A stretch of 45,204 bases of DNA from Coleofasciculus sp. B1-GNL1-01. Lineage in GTDB: Bacteria > Cyanobacteriota > Cyanobacteriia > Cyanobacteriales > Coleofasciculaceae. The stretch is from NCBI GenBank assembly GCA_040220235.1, contig JAVJTO010000089.1; one strand, given 5' to 3'. The position numbers and the translations under genes are program-made. Below are positions 1 to 10,500 of the stretch, piece after piece. The notes under the pieces were generated by a model that was not told the origin of the DNA, made no database searches, and was given only the letters and a program-made list of their open reading frames with translations. The first letter of the stretch is position 1. Each line of letters begins with the position of its first letter.

Positions 1-313
1 ACTTTCCACACCCTGAAAAAGCGCTTGGTTTTTCCATTGGCTTATAAAACTGTGAGAAACTTTTAATAGTTCTTTGACTTCACGATATGATTTTCCTTCC
101 AAAATCATTTTCACCGCCAAAGCCCTCTTAATTTCTTTGGACTCTTTTGTCTGATTGATAAAATTAGCTAATTCATCTATAATGTTCATTTTGTGTCCTT
201 TTCCTAGGGATGTATTATTACTATTATATCTGTTGCGACCTATTTAGGGCTGCTATATTACTTAGTCACTTCTTTTTTGGCAAAAATCCTTAGCGTTTTT
301 CCCAATACGATTT

Positions 314-1114
314 ATGAACAAATACAGTCGATTTCTTGCTTCTCTTTTCGCCTTAATCATCGGATTTTGGTGTATTAACCTTCCCAACTCGTCCAGCCTA
401 GCTACAGCCGCGCCTTTATCCCAATTCGTTACTCCCACCCCTGTCACCCTCGCATCAGTCGATTCCTCCCTGTTGGAAACCTTACTCAAACGCTCATATC
501 TAAGAGCCGTTAAAGACGCGGAAGTCGCCGATGAATCAGAAATCTCCACAACTCTGCAAGCCATTTCCGCCAACAATCCCAATTTAAAATGGAGAGATTA
601 CCAGGGACAAAAACAAGTATTAATGGTGACTTGGACATCCTGGAATGGCTATGATAATCAAGTTGGCTTACCGATGGAATTAAGCCGAGAAATTTGGGTC
701 ACGGCGGTTCCCGAACTGCAAACCTTCGCCCGAACCGTAAACTTTGACCCAGAAAGCCTCACCTTACGCCTAGAACAATACCTCGGTTTACCGCCTCACA
801 ATGGCAAAACCAAATTTGTGGAAATGTGGGTGAATGCGTCGGATTTATTTCGTCCTTGTCCCGATGCAGAAATCAACGATACTCGCTGTGATGTGAAGTT
901 CCCGGAGACTGTTGATCCGCAACATCAGGATTGGATCAATACTTTACAGTTAGCCTCCTATGGTGACAAGGGTTATCCGTGGACACGATTAGGCTATAGC
1001 TATGATTGGGGAAGTCTGGATGGTGAAATTGGTGCGAGTGAATTTATCGTCAGAAAAGGGGCAAATATTACGATTGAATCCGTCAAAAACACGGTAGACT
1101 ATTGCCAAGCCTAG
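314..1114 (+). CDS. Exported hypothetical protein (266 aa)
   Basis: N-terminal signal-like hydrophobic segment (FLASLFALIIGFWCI). Motif-rich body (IWVT, RLEQYLGLPP, DLFRPCPD, YPWTRLGYSYDWG). Family not recognised. Confidence 0.75.
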   Translation: MNKYSRFLASLFALIIGFWCINLPNSSSLATAAPLSQFVTPTPVTLASVDSSLLETLLKRSYLRAVKDAEVADESEISTTLQAISANNPNLKWRDYQGQKQVLMVTWTSWNGYDNQVGLPMELSREIWVTAVPELQTFARTVNFDPESLTLRLEQYLGLPPHNGKTKFVEMWVNASDLFRPCPDAEINDTRCDVKFPETVDPQHQDWINTLQLASYGDKGYPWTRLGYSYDWGSLDGEIGASEFIVRKGANITIESVKNTVDYCQA

Positions 1115-1155
1115 ATGTATCCGAAAGTAGCCATTACGTTCTGACAAATTATTCG

Positions 1156-1186
1156 GGGAGCTTCTCAGTTTCTAAAAGAAGCTCCC
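1156..1186. terminator. Hairpin between convergent genes, probable bidirectional terminator
   Basis: GGGAGCTTCT (1156-1165) is the exact reverse complement of AGAAGCTCCC (1177-1186); lies between stops at 1114 and 1199. Confidence 0.6.
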
Positions 1187-1198
1187 TAACTGTTACTA

Positions 1199-1492
1199 TT
1201 ATTGATTTCCTTGGGAATCATTGTCAGTCGGAGGTTGAATATCAACATCAGGTGCGGTAATCGTCTTTTCTTCTTGGGTGACTTCCACATCAGGAACGGT
1301 AACCTCTTTTTCCTCGGTTCCTACATCAACCTCTGGTCCCTCAACTTCATATTCGGGCACCTGTCCAGGATCTACGTTAACATCCACATCCGGTTCTTCC
1401 CCGGCTTGCTCTTTTTCCACGCGACAACCTGTTGAAACAACAAGCAGTAAAGCAAGAGGAAGTAATAGAAGGGGTCGTTTTAGAAAAGACAT
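1199..1492 (-). CDS. Small acidic lipoprotein (97 aa)
   Basis: Signal peptide with lipobox-like VSTG-C, then repeated P-D/E-V-D/E-V motifs. Confidence 0.7.
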   Translation of the reverse strand: MSFLKRPLLLLPLALLLVVSTGCRVEKEQAGEEPDVDVNVDPGQVPEYEVEGPEVDVGTEEKEVTVPDVEVTQEEKTITAPDVDIQPPTDNDSQGNQ

Positions 1493-1750
1493 AACTTTTT
1501 TATAGAATTCATTATCTCGTTACTAGGGAATTTACTTAATGTAATAACTCTTAGAACGGAGACTCTCTCATTCTAGGAAATAAGGTCAAGTTCAGCTTAT
1601 ACCTTTAGGATGAAATTATTTGAAGTAGCGTAGCATGTCTCAATTGTTACATTAGCCTCGTAGGGGCGCGAGGCTTGCATCCGTGTAAACTTAAAGTAAG
1701 AACTTTTCCCTGTAAAACTTTTAATTTCATCGCTTTAATCTTATCCGGTT

Positions 1751-1929
1751 CCCTCCCCTTGATAAGGGGAGGGTTAGGGTGGGGTAGAAATGTTGAGGTA
1801 GGGGTACGGCAATGCCGTACCCCTACAGGATTCATAATGCTTGGGTGAATTAAAATTGTAGGGGCGCACCGACGTGCGCCCGATTTAATCATCAAATCTA
1901 TCCCACAATTTTAGCTGTGCCACGCCACT
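1751..1929. repeat. Cluster of REP-like palindromes
   Basis: CCCTCCCCTT-gat-AAGGGGAGGG (1751-1773); GTAGGGGTACGGCAATGCCGTACCCCTAC (1798-1826); partial copy of the composite element GTAGGGGCGCACCGACGTGCGCCCGATT...CCACAATTTT...CACGCCA (1858-1929). Confidence 0.85.
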
Positions 1930-1937
1930 ACTCAGCC

Positions 1938-3143
1938 TCACACAAATCGATGCATAAACTCGTAGGTCAAATCCACTCGTCCTTTACGTAACATCGCCGG
2001 GTCGAATCGTTCTGTAGTATTACAGGTCATTAATACCACTAATTTTTGCTGGGCTTTAATCCCAGTGTCATCAATCACACTCTGATACAACGTCCCATCC
2101 AATAAACTGAGAATATGCTCCGTTTTATTATTCCATTGCGCTACTTCACTGGCTCGATTTTTGGCTAGGTTATCCGCTTCGTTAATAATTAGGGCAACTC
2201 GTTCCAAATAACTCGGCGGTACAAAATTTTCTACCGCATCATGATCCAGAATAAAAATTGTATACCCCAACGGTACAAGAACTTCTTTTGCCAGCGCTTG
2301 TGTCCATACCGTTTTCCCGGTTCCCGGTTCACCATGCACCACAATCGCTAACTGGTTTTGATCCAGAATTGACTGCTGAACGGTATCCGTAAACCGTTGA
2401 ATATCGCTGGGAAAGTCTCTAATCTGAAACTGACTATGAACCTTCCCCACCCGACTTTGATAGCCACTCAGCATCACAGCTACATTATACGTGGCTTTAT
2501 TCACTAAAGGGCGAATTTCATCCGCCATTAAACTGTAGCAGCGCCGTCCTTGACCCTGGTTACTAATTTGTAACCAAATCTCTGGATTTGACCAGTAGCC
2601 ATAGACTGTGCCAAACACGTCTAAGCGTTCCCAATTAGCAAACTTTTCTAGAGGATAATAAAAGCGGCGATCCATATAATCTTGAGTAATTAAATCGGGA
2701 CTGCCCAGAATATCTAAGACTTTAAATAAAGTGACTTCTTGCAGTCGATTCAAGACATACTCAATCGGAATACTCTCGCGGGTAACCGTTTGGGTGACGG
2801 GTGTATTGACAAATATAGTCTCCCGCTGACAATGATTAGGCGTTGGCGGGTCAGGGGTAATGTACTCCCAGAACTCATCCCACTCATAACGCATGTTTTC
2901 GGAAAATAAGCTCAAAACATTGGCAAAAATATTATAGTGATTTCGCCCTAATGCATCAGCCACATCACTGGTAAAGTCTAGAGTCTTTTGCAATAACTCT
3001 GATGTATCATTTTGCAGCAAATGTAAAACGAATTCCCAATCAAACTGCCGGGATAAAGGACGCCAGCCTAAGCCCAACAACCCCTTCGATTGCCGATTAT
3101 TATGATGAGAATTGTCTTGAGACCAAAGCTGTTCTGAATTCAT
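1938..3143 (-). CDS. AAA+ family ATPase with uncharacterised N-terminal region
   Basis: Walker A GEPGTGKT, variant Walker B LIINEAD, sensor-1 MTCN, SRH DPAMLRKGRVD. Start moved to ATG 3143 (MNSEQ) to avoid overlap with kptA. Confidence 0.85.
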   Translation of the reverse strand: MNSEQLWSQDNSHHNNRQSKGLLGLGWRPLSRQFDWEFVLHLLQNDTSELLQKTLDFTSDVADALGRNHYNIFANVLSLFSENMRYEWDEFWEYITPDPPTPNHCQRETIFVNTPVTQTVTRESIPIEYVLNRLQEVTLFKVLDILGSPDLITQDYMDRRFYYPLEKFANWERLDVFGTVYGYWSNPEIWLQISNQGQGRRCYSLMADEIRPLVNKATYNVAVMLSGYQSRVGKVHSQFQIRDFPSDIQRFTDTVQQSILDQNQLAIVVHGEPGTGKTVWTQALAKEVLVPLGYTIFILDHDAVENFVPPSYLERVALIINEADNLAKNRASEVAQWNNKTEHILSLLDGTLYQSVIDDTGIKAQQKLVVLMTCNTTERFDPAMLRKGRVDLTYEFMHRFV

Positions 3144-3180
3144 CACTATTTTTCCTGCTGAGTTGGAAATTCTTGGCGGA

Positions 3181-3726
3181 TTAGAGTTGCTGTAGATAGT
3201 TAGGGGGAACAAAATCCACTAACCACACGCCATTTTCGGAACAGTAGAATGTATGACCCCTTTCCGACATGGCTTTAGCATCGACAGCGAAAACCACCGG
3301 AGAACCATGACGCTGTCCTACTTTTTTTGCCGTTGCGATATCCTGAGATAAGTGGACGTGATGCCGTGACATTTTAGATAAGCCTTGACGCCGAATCGAT
3401 TCAACAGTTTTGTGACCTGTACCGTGGTAGAGTACCTCTGGTGGAAAGGTTGGTTCTAACTGTAAATCAACGGCGATACTATGCCCTTGATTGGCGCGAA
3501 TCCGTGTTTCTGTCGCATCAAAGGAAAAGCGTTGTTTATCATTTTTGGCGACGACTTCTTTAAGTTCATGGAGAGTAAGGGGAAAGGAATAGTGTTTACA
3601 AGCAGATAGCAGTTGATCAACGTTGACCCAACCCCCTGGTTCTAAGGTTAACCCAATCCGTTCGGGTTGATGTCGCAGATGTTTGCTGAGATATTTACTA
3701 ATTTTAACCAGGCGGGTAGAGTTCAT
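3181..3726 (-). CDS. kptA: RNA 2'-phosphotransferase (KptA/Tpt1)
   Basis: Signature motifs SKYLSKHLRH, KQRF, IRANQGHS, LYHGT, RHHVHLS, NGVWL. Confidence 0.95.
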   Translation of the reverse strand: MNSTRLVKISKYLSKHLRHQPERIGLTLEPGGWVNVDQLLSACKHYSFPLTLHELKEVVAKNDKQRFSFDATETRIRANQGHSIAVDLQLEPTFPPEVLYHGTGHKTVESIRRQGLSKMSRHHVHLSQDIATAKKVGQRHGSPVVFAVDAKAMSERGHTFYCSENGVWLVDFVPPNYLQQL

Positions 3727-4221
3727 GGTTGATTAAATCAATAGCTTTTAAGAATGGTTTGGTTAACCCTAAACAATGGTTAGTTAACGTTGCCTTGAGT
3801 CTGAGTCAGATGAATGGGTTCACACTCAGGGGTGAGGACTATACGGGTTTGTATTATACAATACTACAATTGCTAAAAATTGTCTACCTGTTAACTCTTC
3901 TGTAGCCATTGAATCCATTCTCGCGCCGCTTAAACCGTAGCGGTAACAGGTTGGGCGTTTTCTAAGGTTACAGGCTTTTGCCAACAGGATAATGCTTTTG
4001 AGAATTCCCTTAGTCGGAGAGAAGAGGAAATGAGGAATGCCTGTTTCATTAGCAGAAAACCTGGAATTAACGCCACCTGCTAAAGGATGAGTTATCCAGG
4101 AGGTACTATTCCGACTTCTGATATAGATACTCCGCGATCGCACGATCATCTCGTGTAACTATATGTTTTTTTCAGGTGAGTTGATACAATGAACCAGGCG
4201 TAGGAACAGAGGAATGGTTCT

Positions 4222-4563
4222 ATGGAAAAGACATCAACCTCTAGCTATGGTGTAGTCTTGGTAACGGCAACGTCAAAAGAAGAAGCAGACGCGATCGCTT
4301 CATTCCTAGTGGAAGCGCGAATGGCAGCTTGTGTCAGTATTACGCCCGTGCGATCGATTTATACTTGGGATGGCAAAGTGAATCGTGACCAAGAGTGGCA
4401 ATTAGTGATAAAAACAGATTTATCTCAATTTGACCAGTTAGCTGCCAAAATTCAGGAGTTGCATAGTTACGACGTTCCTGAAATTATTGGTTTGCCGATC
4501 ATTGCTGGATCTGAGGATTATTTACAGTGGATTTCGGAGAATGTATCTGTGAAAAAATTGTGA
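4222..4563 (+). CDS. cutA: Divalent-cation tolerance protein CutA
   Basis: Motifs AACVSI, SIYTWDG, IKT, HSYDVPEII, YLQWI; 113 aa. Confidence 0.93.
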   Translation: MEKTSTSSYGVVLVTATSKEEADAIASFLVEARMAACVSITPVRSIYTWDGKVNRDQEWQLVIKTDLSQFDQLAAKIQELHSYDVPEIIGLPIIAGSEDYLQWISENVSVKKL

Positions 4564-4672
4564 CCTTTTGCTTCGGGAATAGTCCATAATTTCTAGATGC
4601 GTGTTTAGGGACTTTCGTTTCGCCATTGATGATAACATTGAATCAAAACCCGCCCTGACCTAATTTTAAATG

Positions 4673-4779
4673 TATAGCCCTACGGGGATACGTTAGGACA
4701 TTCCCCTGTTGCCTATTGCCTGTTGCCTGTTGCCTTTTCACCCAATTGTATTGTCCTAACCTTAATGCGTAGTGCTATA
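4673..4779. mobile_element. MITE with TATAGC ends (IS630-like ends inferred) and internal heptamer tract
   Basis: Left TATAGCCCTACGGGGATACGTTAGGACA vs reverse complement of right end TATAGCACTACGCATTAAGGTTAGGACA (21/28). Internal (CCTGTTG/CCTATTG)x4. Confidence 0.7.
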
Positions 4780-4904
4780 TGTATAGGGATGAGGGATAAG
4801 TAATTTCTTGATGATGTCCTTTGTCCTCGGCTGTGGGATAATCAGACTTTTGAGGAAGTCGCCCTTTTTCTAAAGTTGTACACCGTCACATTTCGTTCTG
4901 TTTA

Positions 4905-5639
4905 ATGTCTACTTATGAACTCTCCAAGCGTATTCAATCCTTCTGGAAATTTCTCGTCAAATTATTAACCAGCAATTGGCGTTCTCTGGTCATATTATTT
5001 CTGGGTGTCTATGTCCCCGTGCAAATCTTCGGAGAATTAGCCGAGGAAATTTGGGAAAAGGAAGGGGGTTTTCCCTGGGATGTGCCAATTTTATTAGCGA
5101 TTCACTCAACAACTTCCCCTCAACTCGATGCGTTTGCGATAAACCTGACAAAGTTGGGTGCCTATTGGGGGGTGTTTCCCTTAGCTGTAGCGATAGTACT
5201 GATCTTGGCATTCCGACGCCAGTGGCGATTCCTCATTTATGCGCTGATAACCTATTTAGGCAGTCTTATTATTAATCGTACCGCTAAGTCAACTCTCCAG
5301 CGAGTACGTCCGAGTTTGTGGGAATCCCCGGCGCCAGAATCTGATTATGCGTTTCCTAGTGGACACGCGATGGGAAGCGTGACGTTTGCGATTGTATTAA
5401 TGATTTTGACCTGGAATACCCGTTGGCGTTGGGTGACGGTGATTGGAGGTATCGTGTTTGCGATCGCGATTAGTTGGACACGGATGTATTTAGGAGTTCA
5501 CTACCCCAGTGATATTATTGCAGGTTGGATGGCATCCATTGCTTGGGCAGTGGGCGTCTGCTTGGTAATTAGACCCCATCGGAGTCAGCGACGACTTAAA
5601 CCAGAGGAGAAAGCGGCTATAGAAAATAGCGATGGTTGA
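4905..5639 (+). CDS. PAP2-family membrane phosphatase
   Basis: Motifs K-x6-RP (KSTLQRVRP), FPSGH and TRMYLGVHYPSD; several TM helices. Confidence 0.92.
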   Translation: MSTYELSKRIQSFWKFLVKLLTSNWRSLVILFLGVYVPVQIFGELAEEIWEKEGGFPWDVPILLAIHSTTSPQLDAFAINLTKLGAYWGVFPLAVAIVLILAFRRQWRFLIYALITYLGSLIINRTAKSTLQRVRPSLWESPAPESDYAFPSGHAMGSVTFAIVLMILTWNTRWRWVTVIGGIVFAIAISWTRMYLGVHYPSDIIAGWMASIAWAVGVCLVIRPHRSQRRLKPEEKAAIENSDG

Positions 5640-5679
5640 ACTCAGTGGTGTGGTCAGGGGAAGCTGGTACAATAATCGA

Positions 5680-7155
5680 TTACGTCCTGGTTTTCTGTTT
5701 GGTAATCCACCACGTCGCTAATCCAGCGAGTAGGGCGGCTAAAACACTCCAGAAGAATGTGGAAATAACGGGGTGCGGTTTGTTAGTTGAAAAAGGGGGT
5801 AAGAGGGGCTTGTCAATATGATTAAAACTGGACGCCACCAGTCCGCCTGTCCCTAAGCCGATACCCAAAACTTGGATGGTTCGTTCTAGGCGATAATCCC
5901 GGTCTTTTTCTTCTTGTTCGCGGGTTTTATCTTGGTCTTCCCGAATGCGATCGCGTTGGGCTTGGTCGATTTCAACAATACCCCGAATTGAGGAGATGGC
6001 TTTCTCTAGTAAGTTTGCACCGGGGACAAAATAGCCTAAGTCGCCTTGAATTTGTTCTTGAAAGACTTGACAATTTTCCCGGTAAAAGCTATCCAGAAAA
6101 CTGATGTCTTTATCCTTGTCTAAGGTGAACTTATTCTGAATCAGTTGCAGTTTAGTGTTATAGTTATCCGCATTAATCGCAATACTGTTCCGGCGAGACT
6201 CTAAATCGCGTAACAAGTCGGAATATTCAACTGTTTGCTTTGCCATTTCTTTCAACTGACCCTTGAGATACTTTAAACTCTTTTCATCCAGCGTATCGGT
6301 AGTTTGGGGGAGTTGGTTGAAGGTCTGACGAATCAGGTGTTGAATGTGTTTATAGGCTTGATATGCATCCGTATAGGTGTCTCGGCTATGGCGAAACTCG
6401 GTGATAACTTTATTTCTATAGAAAAACAAATCGAGTAATAACTGGTAGCCTTCTTGGAATTTGGTATCCGTTACTGGGTCAGAAAATAACCAGACCAGAA
6501 TATGGCGGTAGGTATTAGGCGTGCTGATTAAACCATACTCAAAAATAGGACTACCAAATAATTGTCCTTTCCGGTAAAGTTCCGGGCGTTTGTGCGGGTC
6601 ATAGGCAAATTCTCGGATACATTCATCCGCTAATTCTTCCAGGAATTTATCGCCTTGGCGTTTTTGGTTATCGCTTAGCAAAGCCGTAATAATTACCGTT
6701 TGTCCAAAATAACTTTGGATGGTATCGGGGAGAAAACAGTAATCGGGATTTAACGCCTCTAAAACTGAGGAATCGACGGGCTGTATTTTATGACCATTGT
6801 TCAGGGGCGGATCGGGACAGCCGAGATTTAATCCTAAGCCATAGCTATCATAGAGTTGTAGGGGATAGGCAAAGCCTTCTAGTTTTAAATCGGTGTTTTT
6901 ATAGGAAATTTCGGTGTGGATGGGTAGGACAAAATCATTGGGTTTTGCACCATCGAGTAAATCAAACCGATCATTATGAGGTTGGGGCGGATGCAGGTTA
7001 AGTTGTTCCTTGATATGGAATTTGGCAAAGATATCATGACATTTATCCCACAACAAGTCCGGGTCTTTTATCGACACATTGCCATCAACATCCGGTGTCT
7101 TGAAAAGATGGAATGCAAACAGGTAAACTTTCGGGGCATAGAGTTTAGTCGTCAT
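5680..7155 (-). CDS. Hypothetical protein with helical/coiled-coil middle and C-terminal TM segments (possible CATRA/CorA-like effector)
   Basis: 491 aa. Long amphipathic helices, then hydrophobic IQVLGIGLGTGGLVAS and FFWSVLAALLAGLATWWI. Start overlaps the upstream small gene by 11 bp. Confidence 0.75.
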   Translation of the reverse strand: MTTKLYAPKVYLFAFHLFKTPDVDGNVSIKDPDLLWDKCHDIFAKFHIKEQLNLHPPQPHNDRFDLLDGAKPNDFVLPIHTEISYKNTDLKLEGFAYPLQLYDSYGLGLNLGCPDPPLNNGHKIQPVDSSVLEALNPDYCFLPDTIQSYFGQTVIITALLSDNQKRQGDKFLEELADECIREFAYDPHKRPELYRKGQLFGSPIFEYGLISTPNTYRHILVWLFSDPVTDTKFQEGYQLLLDLFFYRNKVITEFRHSRDTYTDAYQAYKHIQHLIRQTFNQLPQTTDTLDEKSLKYLKGQLKEMAKQTVEYSDLLRDLESRRNSIAINADNYNTKLQLIQNKFTLDKDKDISFLDSFYRENCQVFQEQIQGDLGYFVPGANLLEKAISSIRGIVEIDQAQRDRIREDQDKTREQEEKDRDYRLERTIQVLGIGLGTGGLVASSFNHIDKPLLPPFSTNKPHPVISTFFWSVLAALLAGLATWWITKQKTRT

Positions 7156-7498
7156 TCGATACCGTCTGATTAGAATTGGGCGTGGGGGGTTGCGGGTTGG
7201 CGGCTTTCTGTTTCACGGTTTCTCGGATCACCGAGATATTCTTTTTAATTCCTTCTTCGTCAGCCGGGTTAGCTTTTTGCGGTGTCCAGCGCACAGCTAC
7301 CATTCGTAAATTTTCGCCCAAGGGCTGATGGGCGGCGCACCAGTCAACAATCGCATCAGCAACGGGGTTAAAGTCATCATCACTGAATTGATCCAGAGTT
7401 TGGGCTAACTGGGGTAAGTCTTGCCAAGCTTGGCGGTCAAAATTGTTGGATTCTTCCAGTAATTCGCGAAATCCGGCGATAATTTGGGCGTAGTTCAT
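7145..7498 (-). CDS. Small hypothetical protein in CHAT operon (possible adaptor or substrate)
   Basis: 117 aa. Lies 32 bp after the CHAT stop and overlaps the next gene. Confidence 0.75.
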   Translation of the reverse strand: MNYAQIIAGFRELLEESNNFDRQAWQDLPQLAQTLDQFSDDDFNPVADAIVDWCAAHQPLGENLRMVAVRWTPQKANPADEEGIKKNISVIRETVKQKAANPQPPTPNSNQTVSNDD

Positions 7499-7530
7499 CA
7501 GAGTCTTGTCCTAAAATAAACGAGTGGTTT

Positions 7531-10500
7531 CTATTGTCCAATGGCACAGAATGCAGCCCAATACGCAGGCTGAGAAAAGGGTCGTTCGTTCAATGATAAC
7601 TTTAATTCGCGTTCTACTTCTTGCTGGCGTTCTGGGCTTAAATTGAGCGGTTTTAACCAGTCTCGCAATTCATCCTTGGTCACATCGCGCAGCCAACATT
7701 GGGCAGTTTTCAGGGCTTTGGCGACGGATATTGGTGTTGGCGATAGTTCAGAGGGGTTTTGACTCTGCCCCACCAGATTACGGTAAAATTCAATCATCAA
7801 AAATGCCGTTGCTATGTCGCAGACTGTCCATTGACTTCCAACAATGCTGGGACTTCCCGCCACTAGGAAACCACTGGGTAAGCTGATATAGTCATCACTG
7901 AGGCTTTTTGGGTCAGTTAAACTGGTTTCGCAGGCGGAGAGGGTGACGAGACGACAGGGACGTAAATCCAGGGCGAAAATCTCTTCGAGGAGTAAGCATT
8001 TTTCCAAGTCAATCTGGTGTTTGTCGGGTGATTGGATATAGCGACTTTCATCGGTTTCGGGTATTTCGGATAGAGTCGCACCCGATAATACTAAGGCAGA
8101 ACGCAGGGGTGATTCAAAGTTAAAATAACCGTGACCGGAAAAATGGATGAAATTCGCCAAGCGTAACTGGTTTTGAGTCGTGGCTTGAGTCCAGATCTCT
8201 TTGGTGGCGCGTTGACTGGGTAGGATATCGGCGGGGTGGAAATATCTGCTAATCGCTTCTACTTCCACATCGGCGAAGTTTAAATCTTCCGTCGGGTTTT
8301 GCATGGCAAATAGATGCTTCGATGCGGTTGTCTGGGAAAACTGGGGTTCATGACAGCGTTTTTGGCTAAGTTGTAGGAGTTGACAACTGGGTGCATAGCG
8401 CACACCGTCAGGGAATTGATCCAGGAGAACGGCGGTAGTATTTCCTGTATCCTGTGGGTTGTCAACTGAAGAGGATAAAACAGGCAAAGCATGGAGGGGG
8501 AATAGGTGCAGGTAGCGATGGGGAATCAGAATCAGTTGCTGACAGTCTTTGGGAAGGGGAGATTGAGTCAGAATGTGGTCGAGATGCAGAATCTGGGCGA
8601 GTGTTTCTAGGCGAGAGGAGAGATCATTGCACCATTGACGATTATCGTGTTGATAGTCGTTAAGATAGTCCTGCTGCCATTGGTTTAACTGGGTTAGGTC
8701 GTCGGGTTGAGATTGCCAGACGTAGGGTTCTTGGTTGTGGGTGATGACAAAGGCGAAGAATCGTTTTTCGGTAATATACCACTCAATGATTGTGGTTTTC
8801 TCGTCTAACAGGTGCATAATTTCCGCAAAACGGATGGGTTGAACTGCTTGGGTGAGGGCGTAGGCGGGGTCAGCCTCTAGGATTTGATCGAGAATCTGAT
8901 CGAATTTTGCTTGTAATTCCTCTAACTCTTGGCGCAATCGCTGGGTATACAGTTGATTGGGGTTACTATTTTCACTACCCTCAGTGGCGGACGTTTTTAA
9001 AACACTCAACAAAACAAACACCAGCGAGGAGAGAGGCTTTGAATTCTCTTGTGAAGAAAAAGCTTCCCCCATGGAACCAAAAGCGAAGCATCCTTTGGCT
9101 TCCCCCTTTTGAAGGGGGACGGGAGGGGGATCTATAAGGGAGGCGGGAGGGGAATCTAAAGCAGCCTGGGGGGTTGGGTTGGCAGTCTCGTCAATGGCGT
9201 CTTCCTCCCAGAGTTCATCGCTGAATCTAAATTGTATCGGGTTGCCTTTCAATCCCGCCTCTTCCCCCAGATTATCCAGTTGTTTGTGTTTGTCCGTAAT
9301 TTGGGCTTTCAGGCGTTCGATTTGCTGGCGAATCTTTCGGTCAACTTGATCGCCTTTGGGGTGGAGGGTACTCTCCGCATCGGCAAAGAGTTGGACAAGG
9401 TTGCGGGCTTTGCTGCGCTCGACGTATTCTAGGGCTAATTTGGGTTGATGATTATTCAGGCAAGCTTGCACGATTTGGGTATAGACATCCATCGCCTCTG
9501 CTAAGATTTCTTGCCGTCGTTGGTTGGTACTTGCCCAACTACAGCTAATTTCTACCGCTTCAATCGCGGCGGCATAACCCTCAATCGCGGTTTGCCATTT
9601 TTCGGCATTAAAGGCAGTATTACCGAAATCTCGTCCAGCTTTCAGGCATCTGACGGGAAAAGCGGCGGGTTGCAAAATTTCTAGGGATGAGCGGAAATAG
9701 GTAATTGCGGCGTCAATTTGTCCCAAGTCGCTGTAGGCAGTTGCTAGATTGTATTGATTCACTGCCCATTTTTCCGGAAACGCTTCACGAGTCAAAACTT
9801 CCAAAGCCGCTTGTAAACAGGGAATCGCTAGTTTACTCTGTCCGGCGTCCCGGTACGCATTACCCAGATTGTTTTGCATCATTGCCCAAGATTCCGGAAA
9901 CGCCTCGCGGGTGTAAACTTCTAAGGCGTTTTGGTAAGCTGCGATCGCCTCAGCAAACTGCTTGGTTTCTTTATAGGCAACACCCAGATTCATTTGAGTC
10001 ATTGCCCAATATTGAGGAAACTCCTTGCGGGTGCAAATTTCTAAGGCGTTTTGGTAAGTTGCGATCGCCTCAGTAAATTGCTTGGTTTCATCATAGGCAA
10101 CACCCAGATTTATTTGAGTCATTGCCCAATCTTGCGGAAACGCCTCGCGGGTGCGGACTGGCAATGCCGCTTCATAGTAGGATATCGCCACCTTGAGGTT
10201 TTCTGCGCGATCGCCCCGTATCCTATCAGAATAGCAAGCACCCAGATCATTTTGGAGTGTCGCCCACTGCACTGGAAAGGCGCGGCGGGGAGAAAACTTA
10301 GTTAAGACTTGGCAACAGGCGATCGCAATCTCGATATGACTGGCTCTGTTTCCCCTAGGAAACTCGTTAATGAAGCCGCTAAACTTCCACAGCTTTCCTG
10401 CCAACTTTCCTCGCTGTCTTTTGTTCGCTCTCCTCAGCTTCAACTCAGCATCTTCGCGCACCAGTTGAGCAAAGTTATCCGTCAGCGTGTCAGCATTCTC

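Noticed and set aside
1647..1895. 82-aa ORF
   Set aside because: It is a translation of stacked REP palindromes (GARRCAPT, PHPNPPLIKGRE).
3826..4149. 107-aa ORF or possible ncRNA between kptA and cutA
   Set aside because: No recognisable protein motif in the frames I checked and no convincing RNA family structure; left unassigned.
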